A stretch of DNA of 64,000 bases from Balanoglossus misakiensis (lineage: Eukaryota; Animalia; Hemichordata), in NCBI GenBank assembly GCA_040954595.2, contig CM082597.2, positions 974,886-1,038,885 of the forward strand, given 5' to 3'. Below are positions 13,447-26,751 of this stretch, piece after piece (the first letter of the stretch is position 1; the number at the start of each line of letters is the position of its first letter). The translations under genes were made by a program, and so were the position numbers. Below the pieces are notes generated by a model. It saw nothing but the letters and a program-made list of their open reading frames with translations, was not told where the DNA came from and did not search any database.

Positions 13447-13860
13447 GCTTGATTGATGTCAAATATAGCGGGGCAATATGACCACCACGCAGAAAAGCTC
13501 CCTGTGAATTAATGATAAAATATCAATAACACTGTCGTCGGAACGCATTCGCTGCAGCAATTATTTCTTCCACCCGTCGCTTTGCATCATTACAACCAGC
13601 CGTTTGACGTGAGTGTAGGTCAACAGAAGCTGTGCCACGGCAATTTTCAAGGAAAATAAAGAATATTTGACGTTTAATGTTTCATATCTTAATTCCACGC
13701 TCTTTATCATACGCACGTCATTCATACGATGGAATAATTTATGAGTGCCGTGCTTTCTACATATACACAAGGGATGAGGAAACATTGCCTTTATTACTGC
13801 ATAGTTAACTGTAATAGGATTACCCATCTCAGGGAAACAATTCAATATTAGAGGTCAGCA

Positions 13861-13896
13861 TCTGTCTGTCTGTGTGGCTTTGTATCTATCTACCTC

Positions 13897-13939
<43 letters not shown>

Positions 13940-13945
13940 GCCTGC
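13861..13945. repeat. (TCTG)n microsatellite
   Basis: Read directly from the sequence. Confidence 0.95.
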
Positions 13946-16900
13946 CAGGCTGGTTCTGTAGCTGCCTCTCTGTTAACATGCATGCACAGTTGAAGCTCAA
14001 GATTACTGTCAGTCTCTTCCTTCTGATCTATATCTCTTATCTGTCCTGGCCCTATATATCGCTGACTTCTCTACACAAATATTTCTGTCCCAAAGCAAGA
14101 GTCTAATTAACATAATTGTAGATTCTCTTCCAACGTCATTGCTTCGCTCAGCTGACTATATTCTTATGCTAGCTTCCGTTAACGGTCTATTTACTACATA
14201 GCATTTTGAACCCCATCCTAGGCATGCATGTACAGCCCTAGGCACTTCTGAGACAAACTCTACGACTTGTCAATATTATATAGTCAATCTTGCAGACTAT
14301 TGATTGATCGCATCTGTTGTGTCTCATAATGAAGTGAAAAGAGATTCTCAGCTTGCTGCCTGAAGACCGACTTGCACGTTTCTGTACAGGGCTTGTGTCC
14401 AATAAGGTTGAATTATACGCTTACTTGGCGACCAAAAACTGTCAATCTTTCGAGCACAAAATCGCGTACACTTAGTAGAGAAAGTGCGATATATTCAGAT
14501 GTCAAGGCACTGTAATTACAGTATGATCGTAAAAATATAATTGAGGAATTTAACACGGGCGCCATTGTTATAGTCCTTGGCTTTTCACTTCCGGGTCACT
14601 ACCCTTCGAGTGCAATTGAACACGCCAATTCATCATTCTTATCCCAAAACCACTTTGTTCACTCACACATCATTTACGGAGTGAAATCTTAATTGGAGGA
14701 GAGAAACGTCGATATAAATCTAACAAACCTCTTGAGAGCAAAAACTACATTTACAGTAATTAGCCCCTGTAATCAAATTCTGGACGAGAGGTAAAACGCT
14801 GATAAATTGTCGTCTCTCGGGCATGCGCATCAACTGTGATTTGTTACAGCCAACATCTAATGTGACCTCAACTAGTACCAATCTCTCTGTTCGATTAATT
14901 TTAACATCTTGTTTTTGCGCAATTTTCTGTGAAATTTATTAGTATTGCATGCTAGTGCAATACTGGTTATTACGATCACTTCTGACGGAAACCTCGAAGT
15001 AGTAATTACACCATGCAGGAAAATTACTTCCTGTAATTTTCTGGGAATCCCTGCAAGTTAACCCGCGAGTTTAGGACTGCAAGTAAAATTTCAAACTCAC
15101 AGCCACGGTTTTATACACAAAATTTGGATTTTCCGACTGATTATACCAGGGTAACGAATAAGGATATTCCTCCAACCCAACTGAATTTGCATATAGTGAG
15201 TCACGCTCAGTGACCCTCAGGGGTCAACACACATGCCATTACGCGTGTTGACACTTTTCCGAAATGCAAGCGGCGGTCGATTCGTTTTTCTTGGGCAATT
15301 CACCAGAATAAAAGACTCGACTCGTTTTGTTGAATAAATGACATTACCGCCACAACAGATGAAGTTTTTAATTGGAATATAGGGTATATTCAACATTTAA
15401 TATTGGTAATTATAGGTTGTGGCTACATTCAGCGATTATGTGACTATGAAGAAAGGGGCGAATACAAACGCCCACATTATATGCACTGAAAGCTGCGTAT
15501 TTCTTTCTCTAATTATATTAGCACCAAATCACCAAGGAGACGAGCTATAAATGGCGGGAATCAGACGATGTCTGACCTCTCTATTACACAGAAAAGAGGA
15601 AATGTGGAGATTCAAACACCAGTGAAATTGGAGTTGATGAAATGTATAATTGCTCTTTGTGGAAGTTGCATATTTGCAGTTAACTGTTAATGAGACGGGG
15701 TGTACCGAATTCAGCGATGTTTTCAAGGACTTGATATCTCAGTATCATCAACGGGGATCAGTAAAGCGGGAAAATATTTGATAAGAAATTAATTGAATTG
15801 GCTTCAGCATAAAAAACGATTCCTCAAATTTGGACTATTTTTAAACTCCAACAGTCGGTAATGAATTTTAGGTCAATATACGTTTAAAAACGGATTTCCT
15901 CGCACACCAATTGAATAGTTAAACACAGTCCCAGGAGTCGACTAATACTTTAAATAGACGTCATAAAGGAGAAATGGTTTGCTTCTATCTACCCGATAAT
16001 TACAGTGAGCAGCGCTACTGATATAGTCACAGAGTGTTGCATCTTTCAGTAAGGGTGCGGTGGAGGTCTGTTTAAACAGTGATGACTACAAAGCACACCT
16101 CCGTGTTTGCTGCACCCGTTTGCAGCTGCATTGCTTCGCAATTAATCTATTTTAAGAAAGTGTATAGAAAAACGGAAATCAAAGGAAAGAAACGAACACA
16201 CACAAACACATATACAAGCAACGTAAGCACTGACCTTTTTCGAATGCAATTCCCCAGTTTGTCAAACGATGGGCCTTGCCGGAGTGTGACAAAAACTTCT
16301 AAAGCACAACCGCCATAATTCTGAAGGAAAAATGGATAAAGCGAGAGATAGCAAACTCACAGTTACCACACCGCAGGACTACATCGGAAAGAAGGTTCTG
16401 TTGAAGATAAGCTTAGTATTTGTGGTTCTAAGCAGACTATCTTTTATGAGCACCGCAGCGTAAATGCTAGCAAATTGGGTCCAGCGTGTGAGGGTGTATT
16501 AACAACTGAACAAGACTTGCCACCAGCGCACAACTAATGAAAGCAAAAGCCTCTCACGGCGCCATTGTGTTATTTCTTCGAGAAAAAATGAAACCATGCA
16601 ATGCCTGACTTTCAATGTCCGCCATAATAGTCTAACTGCCATGTAAAGGGTACTTTGTATGAATGAACGGAGCATGTTACATTCATTGTTCATTTTTGCA
16701 ATGTTAACACGGAAGCCTTTACCCACGGAAAGTTTTGGGTCACACAGTAAAACGTCTCCTCTTGGAACATGCATCCTTAGAAATTCACCGGTAAATTGCA
16801 TGTGGGATTTTTCTCCCGGATGAAGCCCTACTTAAACATCCGCTTTCCACCCAGAACCACGATTCAGGCGTTAAAAAACATCTTCTACTTTAAGAGTTCA

Positions 16901-17585
16901 GAAAAGTAAATGAAAGAAAAGAAACAACGTACACAAATTCATAAAACTAGTAATTCTAATTCGATGCTTTAAAGTCAAAAGTATATACCATGTCTTTCAC
17001 GCTGAGCGAACCAAACCAGGCTATGCAAGTAACTTAATTTAGCCTATTCCGTGCCAAGGGTAAATTTACATTCAATTGAGCATGTTGAGGCGGAAAATGG
17101 ACTCCGATTTAAACCCATGAATCTAAAGACTCCTGGCGATAATTGTCGACAACTGTGACATTTAGAGACGACGTCTTTTGAATACCATGGTTGACAAAAG
17201 TGGACTTCAGATTCTAGTATACCGAAAGTCATAGAATACAAATCAATAAGATACATTCTTCACATGTTTTCCAGATGGTAGATGTCCTTCGTATAAATTG
17301 TTGGTTGTGAAACATAACTTAAACCTATATCTATCCATCTATCTATTATCTCATCTCCCTCTCTCTTCCTCCCTCTCCCTGTCTGTCTCTCTCTCTATAC
17401 ATGCACACGTGCAGAGACGGAGAAAGGCAAAGACCGAGCAAAAAGGTGAGCTTGAAAAGCAGGCCAGTAGGAGCATGGAATTGACAGATAGATGGATTGA
17501 TGTAGAGGACTGAGTAATGAGGTTACCCGCAAATGTATTGTTCTTAAGCATCACACACGATCCTAGAAAAGATGATAGTACTCAC

Positions 17586-17720
17586 CTAGCCTGCTACAAA
17601 GAAATGAAACCTGGCAGCGTCACCACTTCAGCATTTGCAATGTCAACCATCTGAACACGTCTCTCCAATCCCGATATTCAAACTGAATGGCGGCGAAGGT
17701 TTCCAACTCTAAAACACCGC
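17586..17720 (-). other. Candidate non-coding first exon of the CUB/PAN gene, containing an 18-codon uORF
   Basis: Strong donor TAG|gtgagt at 17585. CpG-richer sequence lies upstream, and the exon carrying ATG 13446 has an unpaired acceptor at 13502. Confidence 0.3.
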
Positions 17721-19775
17721 GCTCTGCAAAAGGTCACGGCCACGGTCACATGTGCCCGACGCTCATTAGAGTAGACGATAGGGGCAAGCCCCATAGGGCA
17801 TAACATCACTGTCAAATTGGAGAACGCGTGGCTAATACATACCGTGGATGGGCGACGTCAGGATTACGTTAGGTCACAGGACGTATTGTTGTTGGCGTGC
17901 TATTAATAATTTGTTGTTTTGCTGCTGCGTGATGCATGCAAGCGAACGATACGAAGGACGACTTCAAAAACGCAGATGGACAATCAGAAGGTACAAACGA
18001 AATTACGCTATTTTTCTGTGCTGTGTAACGGAGCTGCAGATGAGGTCGCGTGTATACGATGTGCTTAGCCTCACAACACTGATGGTTACACACCAATATT
18101 CATAACGTTTGCTTTGTCCAATGATAACCTTGAAAGATGTCACTGCGCATATCCTGCGCGCACGTGAGAGGCGACGTTTCCATGACAACTGCGTAGGATG
18201 TCCGTTCGAATCTACAAATTTCTTTCAATAGTACCAAGTTTATTATGTTTAATAAATTTGGCGTTATGAAATTACAAATATTTAATTTGATTGGAAAATG
18301 TTAAATAGCTCTTCCCCGTAAAATTACCCAAATTCAATAATTAACATTTTATTGGGGTATAGAGAACGCTTCTGTACAATATTTAAAACGAGCATTAACT
18401 GTCGCCATCTACGACAAGCTTTGGTTGTTCGTGTGGCGGCGCTGCAGTGAATTCAATATGTTGTCGACTATGTTTTTAAACAGAAGTTCGCCGTTTGGAC
18501 GTGAATCGCGTGTAAATATTTTGTTACCCCAATTAATGTACTTATTAACAGTAATAGCAGATAAAATTGACTACAAGTAGCAGGTACATGTACACATGTA
18601 ATCGCCTGTTGTGTGATGTGTGTTGCAATCACCGAAAAAAGAATCTTAAACGGCGCATGCTCCACTTCAAATCATGTTCAAGAGAATCAGCGTCTTTTCT
18701 CTTCTACTTTTCAAGTGTGGTGTTGAGTGCAGGTCGACCATTTGGACATGATGAAGCCCACGTGGTTTAAACCTTACTCGTTTTCAAATCATCCTGAAAC
18801 AGACGAGCAAACGATAATGTTGTTCAAAACGGAAGAAGTGTTACTTTGTGTTGTGAATTGGAACGTAGGAAAATAAATAAAAAGAACGAGGATGTAATAT
18901 TAAGAGATTACCTGTACTTTTGAAGTCCCATTTGATTGAAACGATACACGAATTGTCTCAGCAGCACTGGTGTTAACATTTGAAGACAAGCTGTTATCTG
19001 TTACAGAAAAAAATACCATGGATTTTAAGATGTTGTTTTTGGTGTTTTGTAAATATTAGAAATGGTCGATTATACTGCAAATAGAGACAAACAAGAAAAG
19101 TATTAAATTGATGTAACATACACGCACCTGTCACTTTGTTAGGATTATCCTTTTCTGTAACGCCTTTCTGAAAAGATGACGTACATTTATACTGTTAATT
19201 GCACGCACATTGCCAAAATATTAACAAAACTGTCAAAATCCAGGTTTATGATTATCTATTCAAAATGTTAAAGGAAAAAATGCTAGATTACTATACCATG
19301 AGATAAGGGTCGCTTTTTAACAGTTCTTCATACAAGGTGTAAATGGTTTCATTCTCTTTGTCATTTCCTTCCTCTGTCTCACGCCCCCTTATCGATACTG
19401 CCAACAAAGAAGAGTAAGAGAAATGTACCTAAGATATACTTTACATAAGACACAGCTAACATTTCCTAATGGCATATATCCATACATAACATTGCCAGCT
19501 TGGAAGTAGTGTTCGTCGCTTTTATAAAACGTATATGAGAAGTGACTAGTTAGTGCATTCACCTCGAGATTTGGAGACCATCTGTCCTCTTGTGCCATCG
19601 AACTGTTGATAAAAGTAAGAAAACATTTTATTTTGTGAAAGATGACAAGTTGATTTTGGCCTCGAAAGCGTTAACAGCAAAGGAAGTGTTGAAACGGGCA
19701 GTGGTTCGAATTGTTTCCAGTTGTCAAGAAATTCTACTACTTCGAGTGCCTGTGTGTGCTTTACAAGACAAAATG

Positions 19776-21934
19776 TTAACAAATACTAACCAGGTACACA
19801 TCACTCTTTGGTCTAGGTGTTGGATATAACATCATATGTGCGTCATAAGCTTGTTGAGCTGCCAGCTGTGGTTCGCCTTTATCGACTGGAAACGCTGAAA
19901 TATAAAGTTTGGGTGAATATATAATAATTTCGCTCAGAATATTGACAGATTCACAGAACATAAACCTAAGTCTAGCGCCCTCATGCAGTCATCATGAATT
20001 CAAAACGAGGTCAACAGAGAAACAATGTGATTGGTCAACTCTTTCCCATTGACCCTGCTTTAAGTTCAAATTCATGATGGCTGCATGATGCTTATAGATG
20101 GGGTGAATGAGAATCGTACCTTCGAATGTTGCCTTGGTAACTTCACTTTGTGGCGTCTCACTCCCAATTTCTGTGACTGTAATGTCTGTCAATCCATCGA
20201 GACCAACTCTGGAGATAAAATAGACGTTTCCAAGTGGATAAGATACATGTTTGATTCTCATAACCCGACCCATCGACTCGTTATTTTGACCTACCGACCT
20301 GAAACTCTCAGACCTACAAATGTAGATTAATTCAAAAGTGTTAGAGTAACGCCACGGTCTTTTGGTGCGCCCCCCCTCCTTATATCCCTTCATTTCTCTC
20401 TGAGATATGTACTTACGTCATATGCTTGTCGTTTAAACCTGTGAGTCCCTCCTGTTTGTCGTTTTTCTTCAGTATGGCCCGGCATCCGAAGAATAAGACA
20501 GCAAACGCCATGAAAGCAACCGTTGCTGCACTGATAGACGCCACTACGATAATACCGACCATATTTTCACTTGTTTTATCTGGTAAGAAACGATTGGAGA
20601 AAATGAGGTCTAATTTCACTGAGCTTCCTTAGAAGTAGGCGCTTGTTTTAATAGGTTTTAATGGATTAGATGAAATGATGTGTTTTTGAAGTCACAGCAT
20701 ACAAGAACAGCGCCTCCTCTACACTACGCGTTTTATTTAAACTAACACACCACAAGTCAGCGTATGTACCAGGTTGTTTGATAAATCTCGTGCTGTTCCA
20801 TATAATATGCAAATGTAGAACTAAGCTTATTTTTAGCAACATATGTTTTGATGATAGTCTGCGGGCAATTGTGGGGAATATTGACCTGTATCACTGTGTT
20901 AAGTCAATGGTAGACAGTTTCTATCCAAATCAATATCTCTCGTTTGCAATTTTATGGTTCAAAAATCTCTGCCCTTAAGCTTGTGGCGGTCAAACTTACG
21001 CCAAAACGACGTAATACATTTTAATGCATATACAAGATAACTATATTATAAACAATTATAGAATTAATACATTTATATGAAAATGTATAAGCTTTATATA
21101 AAATAATCAATAAAGGTCAGGTGAAAATCTGATCTATACTTTCGCTGATTCGTACTTACACTGAACAGATAGATACATGGTTCCTTGCCCCACTCCCTCG
21201 CTGCCATCATAGAATATGTTGGTTGCAGTACATGTGTATTCGCCTTCGTGGGACTGGTCACAGGAGCTGATTGTGTAATTCTGTTTGTTCGAAACATTCC
21301 GACCATCCTTCGTCCAAATGAAACTGTAGGGTAAGGGATTCGCATCCGCTGTACACTCCAGGATGACGTCACTACCTTCAGGACAAAATTTATTTTCCAG
21401 CTGAACGAGTGGAGGGTCTGTAACGAACCATCAAATAAAAAGTTACGCTTGAATTTACCAAAACAACACTACGAGAACGTTCTTACAGTTTATCTGCACA
21501 GAGAGTCACACGACGCCTGCTGCAGTGCAGTGCCCTTTGTTTACAGCAATTACCACCCATTCAAACTCGATCGATACGAGGAATTTTAATCCGGTAAATC
21601 GATGAGTTTTTTATAATGGTGCTCATTGTCAAAACTATCCAACCATAACGTTTCAGCATAATGCTCAGATCGAAAGTGATGTCCCGGATTATAAACCAAT
21701 TCAATACAACTGCATACATCATAGGGTCTTCTATTTAATTCCCAATAATTGACAGCTGTATCAAATGAACACTAAACATCTCTAAGCTCTTGCACTCTAT
21801 TATTGCACACGTTGACTTACAGCTATTTTTTATATTTAACCATTGTGCTGCTTTCTATTGCAAATAAAACGAAATCATGGTACATGTGTGAAAGGCACAG
21901 GGTAACAATCAAACACCATGCCATGGGTGATGAG

Positions 21935-22026
<92 letters not shown>

Positions 22027-25000
22027 ACTACTACTAATAATAATATAGGGCTTTTACTTACACTGTACATCTAGGTATGTTGAGCTGATTCCAACTCCCT
22101 CGTTCCCATCATAAAATACATTGGAAGCGTAGCAGTCATACAGTCCAGCCAGATCGCGTGATGCGCTATCCAATACCAGGGTCTCGTTGATTGATACTAA
22201 TGATCCGTTTTGCTTAAACCATGCCACAGTTACATCAGCTGGGTTCGCGTCCAGTACACTGCAGTTGACGCTGATGTATTCAAACTCCTTTACACGAAGT
22301 TCTGGTAATGTTGTGACTGATGGGTGATCTGTAAATAGATGATAAACCTAGTTAACAGCTGTTGCATAATTTGTTCTGTCGTGATGAAAAGTCGCTATTG
22401 ATTTGATTTCTAGTTTCGAGCGCGCAACTACATTTCTAACGTCAGCTGCAAATTGCGGGACATAACGTAACTAAGAGAAAGACCATCAAAATGGCGAAGA
22501 ATAATATCTGCGATCACATCAAATTTACAACAATATTATTATTTAAAATATCACAATAAATGCCACTTACATTGCACATCTAAGAAGCGAGAGTCACTTC
22601 CGTTTCCGGTACTGCCATCCCAGAATACAGTTTGTGCGTGACAGGTGTAGTTACCACTTTGTTGTCGGACAGTATTATTCAAATTTAACAGTTGGCCAGT
22701 CTGTACTGCGTTGTCGAGGTCATCTCTCCAGGTGATTGTCGAGACAGGGTTTCCATCAACCGCACAATAGGCCCGGAAATCGCGTCCTTCCACGGTTATA
22801 AAAGGATCTGTTATATTGACGCTTGGTTCGTCTGTGTAAATATAAGGGGAGCACCACTTGAAACCAAAACAACAGATAAAATGATTCACCTTCTAGTGAA
22901 ATTATTAAGTTCTGAATTATTATTTACAACATCACTCACATTGAACATCTACGATGGTTATGTTGCTCCCCACACCAATCTGCCCATCTATCAGCACATT
23001 GGAGCCATTGCACATGTAACTTCCGGCTAAATCACGTGTAACTTCCGCAATTTGAAGGTTGCTGTTGTCAGACACCTGGTCGCCATCTTCTGTGTACCAC
23101 GCCAGTGTAACATTGGCTGGATTGGCGTCGATTACTGTGCAGTCTAAAGATATGTTCTGGAATTCCTTCACTTGTAAAATTTTGTCAGTTGACAGCACCG
23201 GCGGGTCTGCAATGTTGGAAACCACAGAACACAAGATTGCGTCATCTTCATTGGTAAACATTGGCTATATAAGCCTTATAAAATCAACTATTCAATTAAA
23301 ATTCAACTACACATGTAATATAATTTTCTCATTTCTATATAGCCTACATGAGCACACATGTGGCTGTCCTAACCTCACAAACCCATGACAAACTTACAGT
23401 GGACGTCCAGGTAACGAGTTTCACTTTCATTGGCAATTGTACCATCCCAGAATTCAGTTTGGGCGTGGCAAGTGTAGTGTCCAATCCATCCTCTGTTTAC
23501 ATCCACTATTCGAAGTTCTCCCCCAGTCTGCACGGTCGTATCAGTGTCATCCAACCAAACTACGGTTGCATTGGGATTAGCATCAGCCAGGCAATCCACA
23601 GAGAAGAGGTTACCTTCCACTTGGGTGAAATCTCCAATCACTGTTATGTTCGGGCTATCTAAAAATTGTCAATGATGTAAAACAAATACAGAATTTATTC
23701 ATATGCAGTCTGATCTTTCACTTTTTATCAGAAACAACCATATTAGGATCGAAAGCTTCTATACGACGAGACACGAGTATATCTCGTACAATCAGAATCA
23801 TACAAAATGCAAAACTTACATTCTACTTGTAGTGAGATCGCTGCTGATCCACTTCCGGTGTCATCATTCCAGAAAGTATTTCTTGCTGTGCACATGTAAT
23901 CCCTGGAATCTGACCTTTGAACTCCAGTAAAGTTTAACCACCGATCCCCCAAAATTTCGTCGGTATCACGTGTCCAAATAAAGGTATCGACATCAGGGTT
24001 TGCATCGGCGGTGCAGTTCAAATAGAAATTGCTTCCTTCTTTCACCCGACCATCTTCACTGGCGTCCCCCACCACCTCCACTTGCACCATCGGATGGTCT
24101 ACATCAAAGAATATATGAATACTTTATTTCACCAGATGTTTCACAGTATAAACATTAACAACAATAGCATAGATTAACAAGACACTGCAGCTGGCTTTAA
24201 ATGGAACATCCATCCAAGCTCAGCCACTTGAGTACATGGTTGTCATCTCACAGATACTGAAATCACAACACACCTCACCCATAAACTGTAGGGTGACATA
24301 AACCGTACACAGATGGTGCAGAAACACACACTAATGCTCGGTGGTGGACATTAATCACCATTTTGAAAAAAATATGAAATGCAGACTATGCATTGTGTTT
24401 TGGATGGTTACAGCTAATATTTATGTTTACTAAAGTATAAAAGGCAGCTGTTACCTGTGTACTCGGGGAAAAAGGTCAATCGCGACAACAGACTTTTTAT
24501 ACTCACACTGTACATCGAGAAAGAAGCTTTCGGAAGCCGAACCAATTTGGTTGTTGTGGAAAGTGTTGTTTGCTTGGCATGTGTATACGTCGGCCTGAAA
24601 TCTCTCAGCAGAGGCGATGATAAGTTTGTCCTCATGCGCCACGACACTTCCATTGGAACTTCTCCACGTAATGCTGTCCGGGGCTGGGTCCGAATCTACC
24701 ATGCAAACAGCCTCGTATAGGTCTCCCTCGATGACAGTGAAGGTGCCGTTATTTGTGCCCTCGATATTGACAACCGGATAGTCTGTGGAGAAAGAGATTC
24801 AAACATCACTTTTGATTAATATAGCAAATTAAATTGTTACCAATCGTGTTTTGTTTGTCCGCCTCTTAGAGTTCTTCTGACTGAGTTTGATACACACGTT
24901 TCTGGTCACACATGAACAGTCCAAATTGTCATGCCTCCTTTTTGTCTTTAATCTATGTTGTTGTTTTTTTCTCAGTTCGATGTTCCACCTGTTTGATTCT

Positions 25001-26751
25001 TTGCTTGCCTGTATGTTTGTCTGTCTCCTCACTATCAAGATACATGATTGGCGCGGAAGGTCAGTGAACTGGAATATCAGCCTATCGTTGGTTTGTTTGC
25101 TTTCGGTTTAGATATTCTAGTCAGGTTTGACAATTTCAAGGTTTAGCCACCATTAATAATACTGAAAATTCGTCATATCACTTACATTGTACGTCTAGAA
25201 ACAGAGTAGCAGAGCCAGTTCCCGTTTCTCCGTTGTAGAACTCGTTGGACATGAAACACGTATAATTTCCTTCGTGTGTTGTGGTAACATTGTTAAGGAT
25301 TAGTTCTGTGTTATTCGTAACGATTATGTCTCCGTTGAAATCTTGCCAGTAGATATCGGTTATCTCTGCTGGGTTCCCGTCTGTTGCCTGACACGTGGCT
25401 GTATATATACTTCCCTCGATGACGTAGTTCTCTGTGTCGTTCACCATGACGACAGTGGGTGCATCTGCAAGAGGTGCACACGACACCCCGAAAAGAGAAA
25501 AAAGTTACTTGAAATACCTTTTGCTTTAAGACTATTCCAACATGTCTACACATAGGCCGACGCTCTAAAAAATATGGGTAAAATTGAAATATTGATACTA
25601 ACATTGAACATCCATGGTGATATTTTCTGTACTTGTAACCAGTGGCCATGTTGATGTTGGTAGAGTTATGTGTTCCAGGCGACAACGTATTTCGACGCCG
25701 TTGTCATGCCTACTCAGCGGTGTCGTCCATTGGCTGACAGGCGCGGGTTCCTTCTTGACTTCTGCTCCGTCTTTCAACCATACCAGGTCGCCTGGGGCAT
25801 CTGGGTTCAAATCTACCTCGCAGAGAAAGGTGACGTTTTCGTTTTCTATGATGGTGTTTCCAGGAGAGACAGTCACATTTGGTGGAGAAGCTGAAAAGAA
25901 ACGTCAATAATAAAGTAGAAGGGGATCAAGTAATTGTTGGAGTTTGTCGGTGTACGGTAGCAAAATATTTTAATATCAGTCAGCTTCTGTGTTACTCGCA
26001 TGTTGCAGGCTCTGTTTATATTTGTATGCTTACCTATGACATACAAATCAGCGGTCGCCCTGGCGTTTAATTCATTGAAATCCACGCACGTGTACGGACC
26101 TTCTTCGGCACTGGTCACGTGGGACACACGTAGGTTGTACACAGGTGGATCGCCAGCAATTGCGTAAGTCTGATTATCGAGTCTGACATCGTCGTTGAAT
26201 GACAGCACGGAACCATTTTTATACCACGCTCTTAAATCGCCCTGTCCTGCCAATGTGCAGTTAAGTTGCGTAACATCGCCCAACACAACCAGAGTATCGA
26301 TCGGCACAACTTGAAACGTATTTCCACACAAACTACAGCCTGTGAAAAAAAATAAAAAAAATCTTTATTTTAATGATAAAATGTTAACGAATCTACAAAT
26401 TCCTTTAGGTGTTTTCAAATATACAGACAGGCGTGCAAATTTGCGGAAGAATGTCGGTGCAAATATGCATGATAGACAAAAGGCCGCACAATATTTGCAA
26501 GCGTAATTTTAATTTAATTAATCCATTAAAAATAACCAGAAAGCTGTCATCTTTCCTGAATAAAACACAGGGCCACGCTTTTTCGACACAGATATCATTA
26601 AATGTGATGACACGGGATAATATTAGTGCGATAGCTTCCAAAATCGAAATGTCTGTCTGATACCAGGAAATGTAAAGCATTTATCTTTCGGTCTGTTCTA
26701 CTTACCCACTACAATCCCTGCAACCAGCAGCAGCTCACTAAATAAAGCCAT
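19776..26751 (-). CDS. Type I transmembrane immunoglobulin-superfamily protein with 10 Ig domains (nephrin/CD22/sialoadhesin-like architecture), ~985-1057 aa depending on tail exons
   Basis: Exons join(26706..26751, 26034..26339, 25603..25890, 25186..25464, 24507..24782, 23820..24098, 23398..23658, 22940..23206, 22571..22831, 22062..22328, 21160..21417, 20417..20579, [20299..20313], 20120..20208, 19776..19894). Each Ig exon is phase 1-1 with C..W..D/G.Y.C. The tail exons are less certain. Confidence 0.88.
20417..20579 (-). CDS. Ig gene: transmembrane exon
   Basis: VGIIVVASISAATVAFMAFAVLFFGC followed by RAILKK. Phase-1 acceptor, donor AC|gtaagt. Confidence 0.85.
21160..25464 (-). CDS. Ig gene: Ig domains 3-10 (eight exons)
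   Basis: Exons 25186-25464, 24507-24782, 23820-24098, 23398-23658, 22940-23206, 22571-22831, 22062-22328, 21160-21417. Each reads Y.P.V...EG...C..D.NP...W...G.Y.C...N.F.dG..G.G....LDVQ. The last two were translated by hand. Confidence 0.9.
21935..22044. repeat. (GAT)n microsatellite (~30 units) followed by short (TAC)/(TAA) runs
   Basis: Read directly from the sequence. Intronic in the Ig gene, near the donor at 22061. Confidence 0.98.
25603..25890 (-). CDS. Ig gene: Ig domain 2 (CD80-like C2-set)
   Basis: ENENVTFLCEV...LVWLKDG...LSRHDNGVEIRCRLEH, where DNG...C...H is typical of this set. Confidence 0.88.
26034..26339 (-). CDS. Ig gene: Ig domain 1 (V/I-set like)
   Basis: FQVVPIDTLVVLGDVTQLNCTL...AWYKNG...YNLRVSHVTSAEEGPYTC, resembling Kirre/nephrin N-terminal domains. 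Confidence 0.9.
26706..26751 (-). CDS. Ig gene exon 1: signal peptide
   Basis: aaaatATG context, MALFSELLLVAGIVV(G), donor G|gtaag, phase 1 matching the next exon. Confidence 0.75.

Noticed and set aside
19776-19800. SDVYLV as an ITIM in the Ig receptor tail
   Set aside because: It does not fit (S/I/V/L)xYxx(I/V/L): position -2 is Asp and +3 is Ser.
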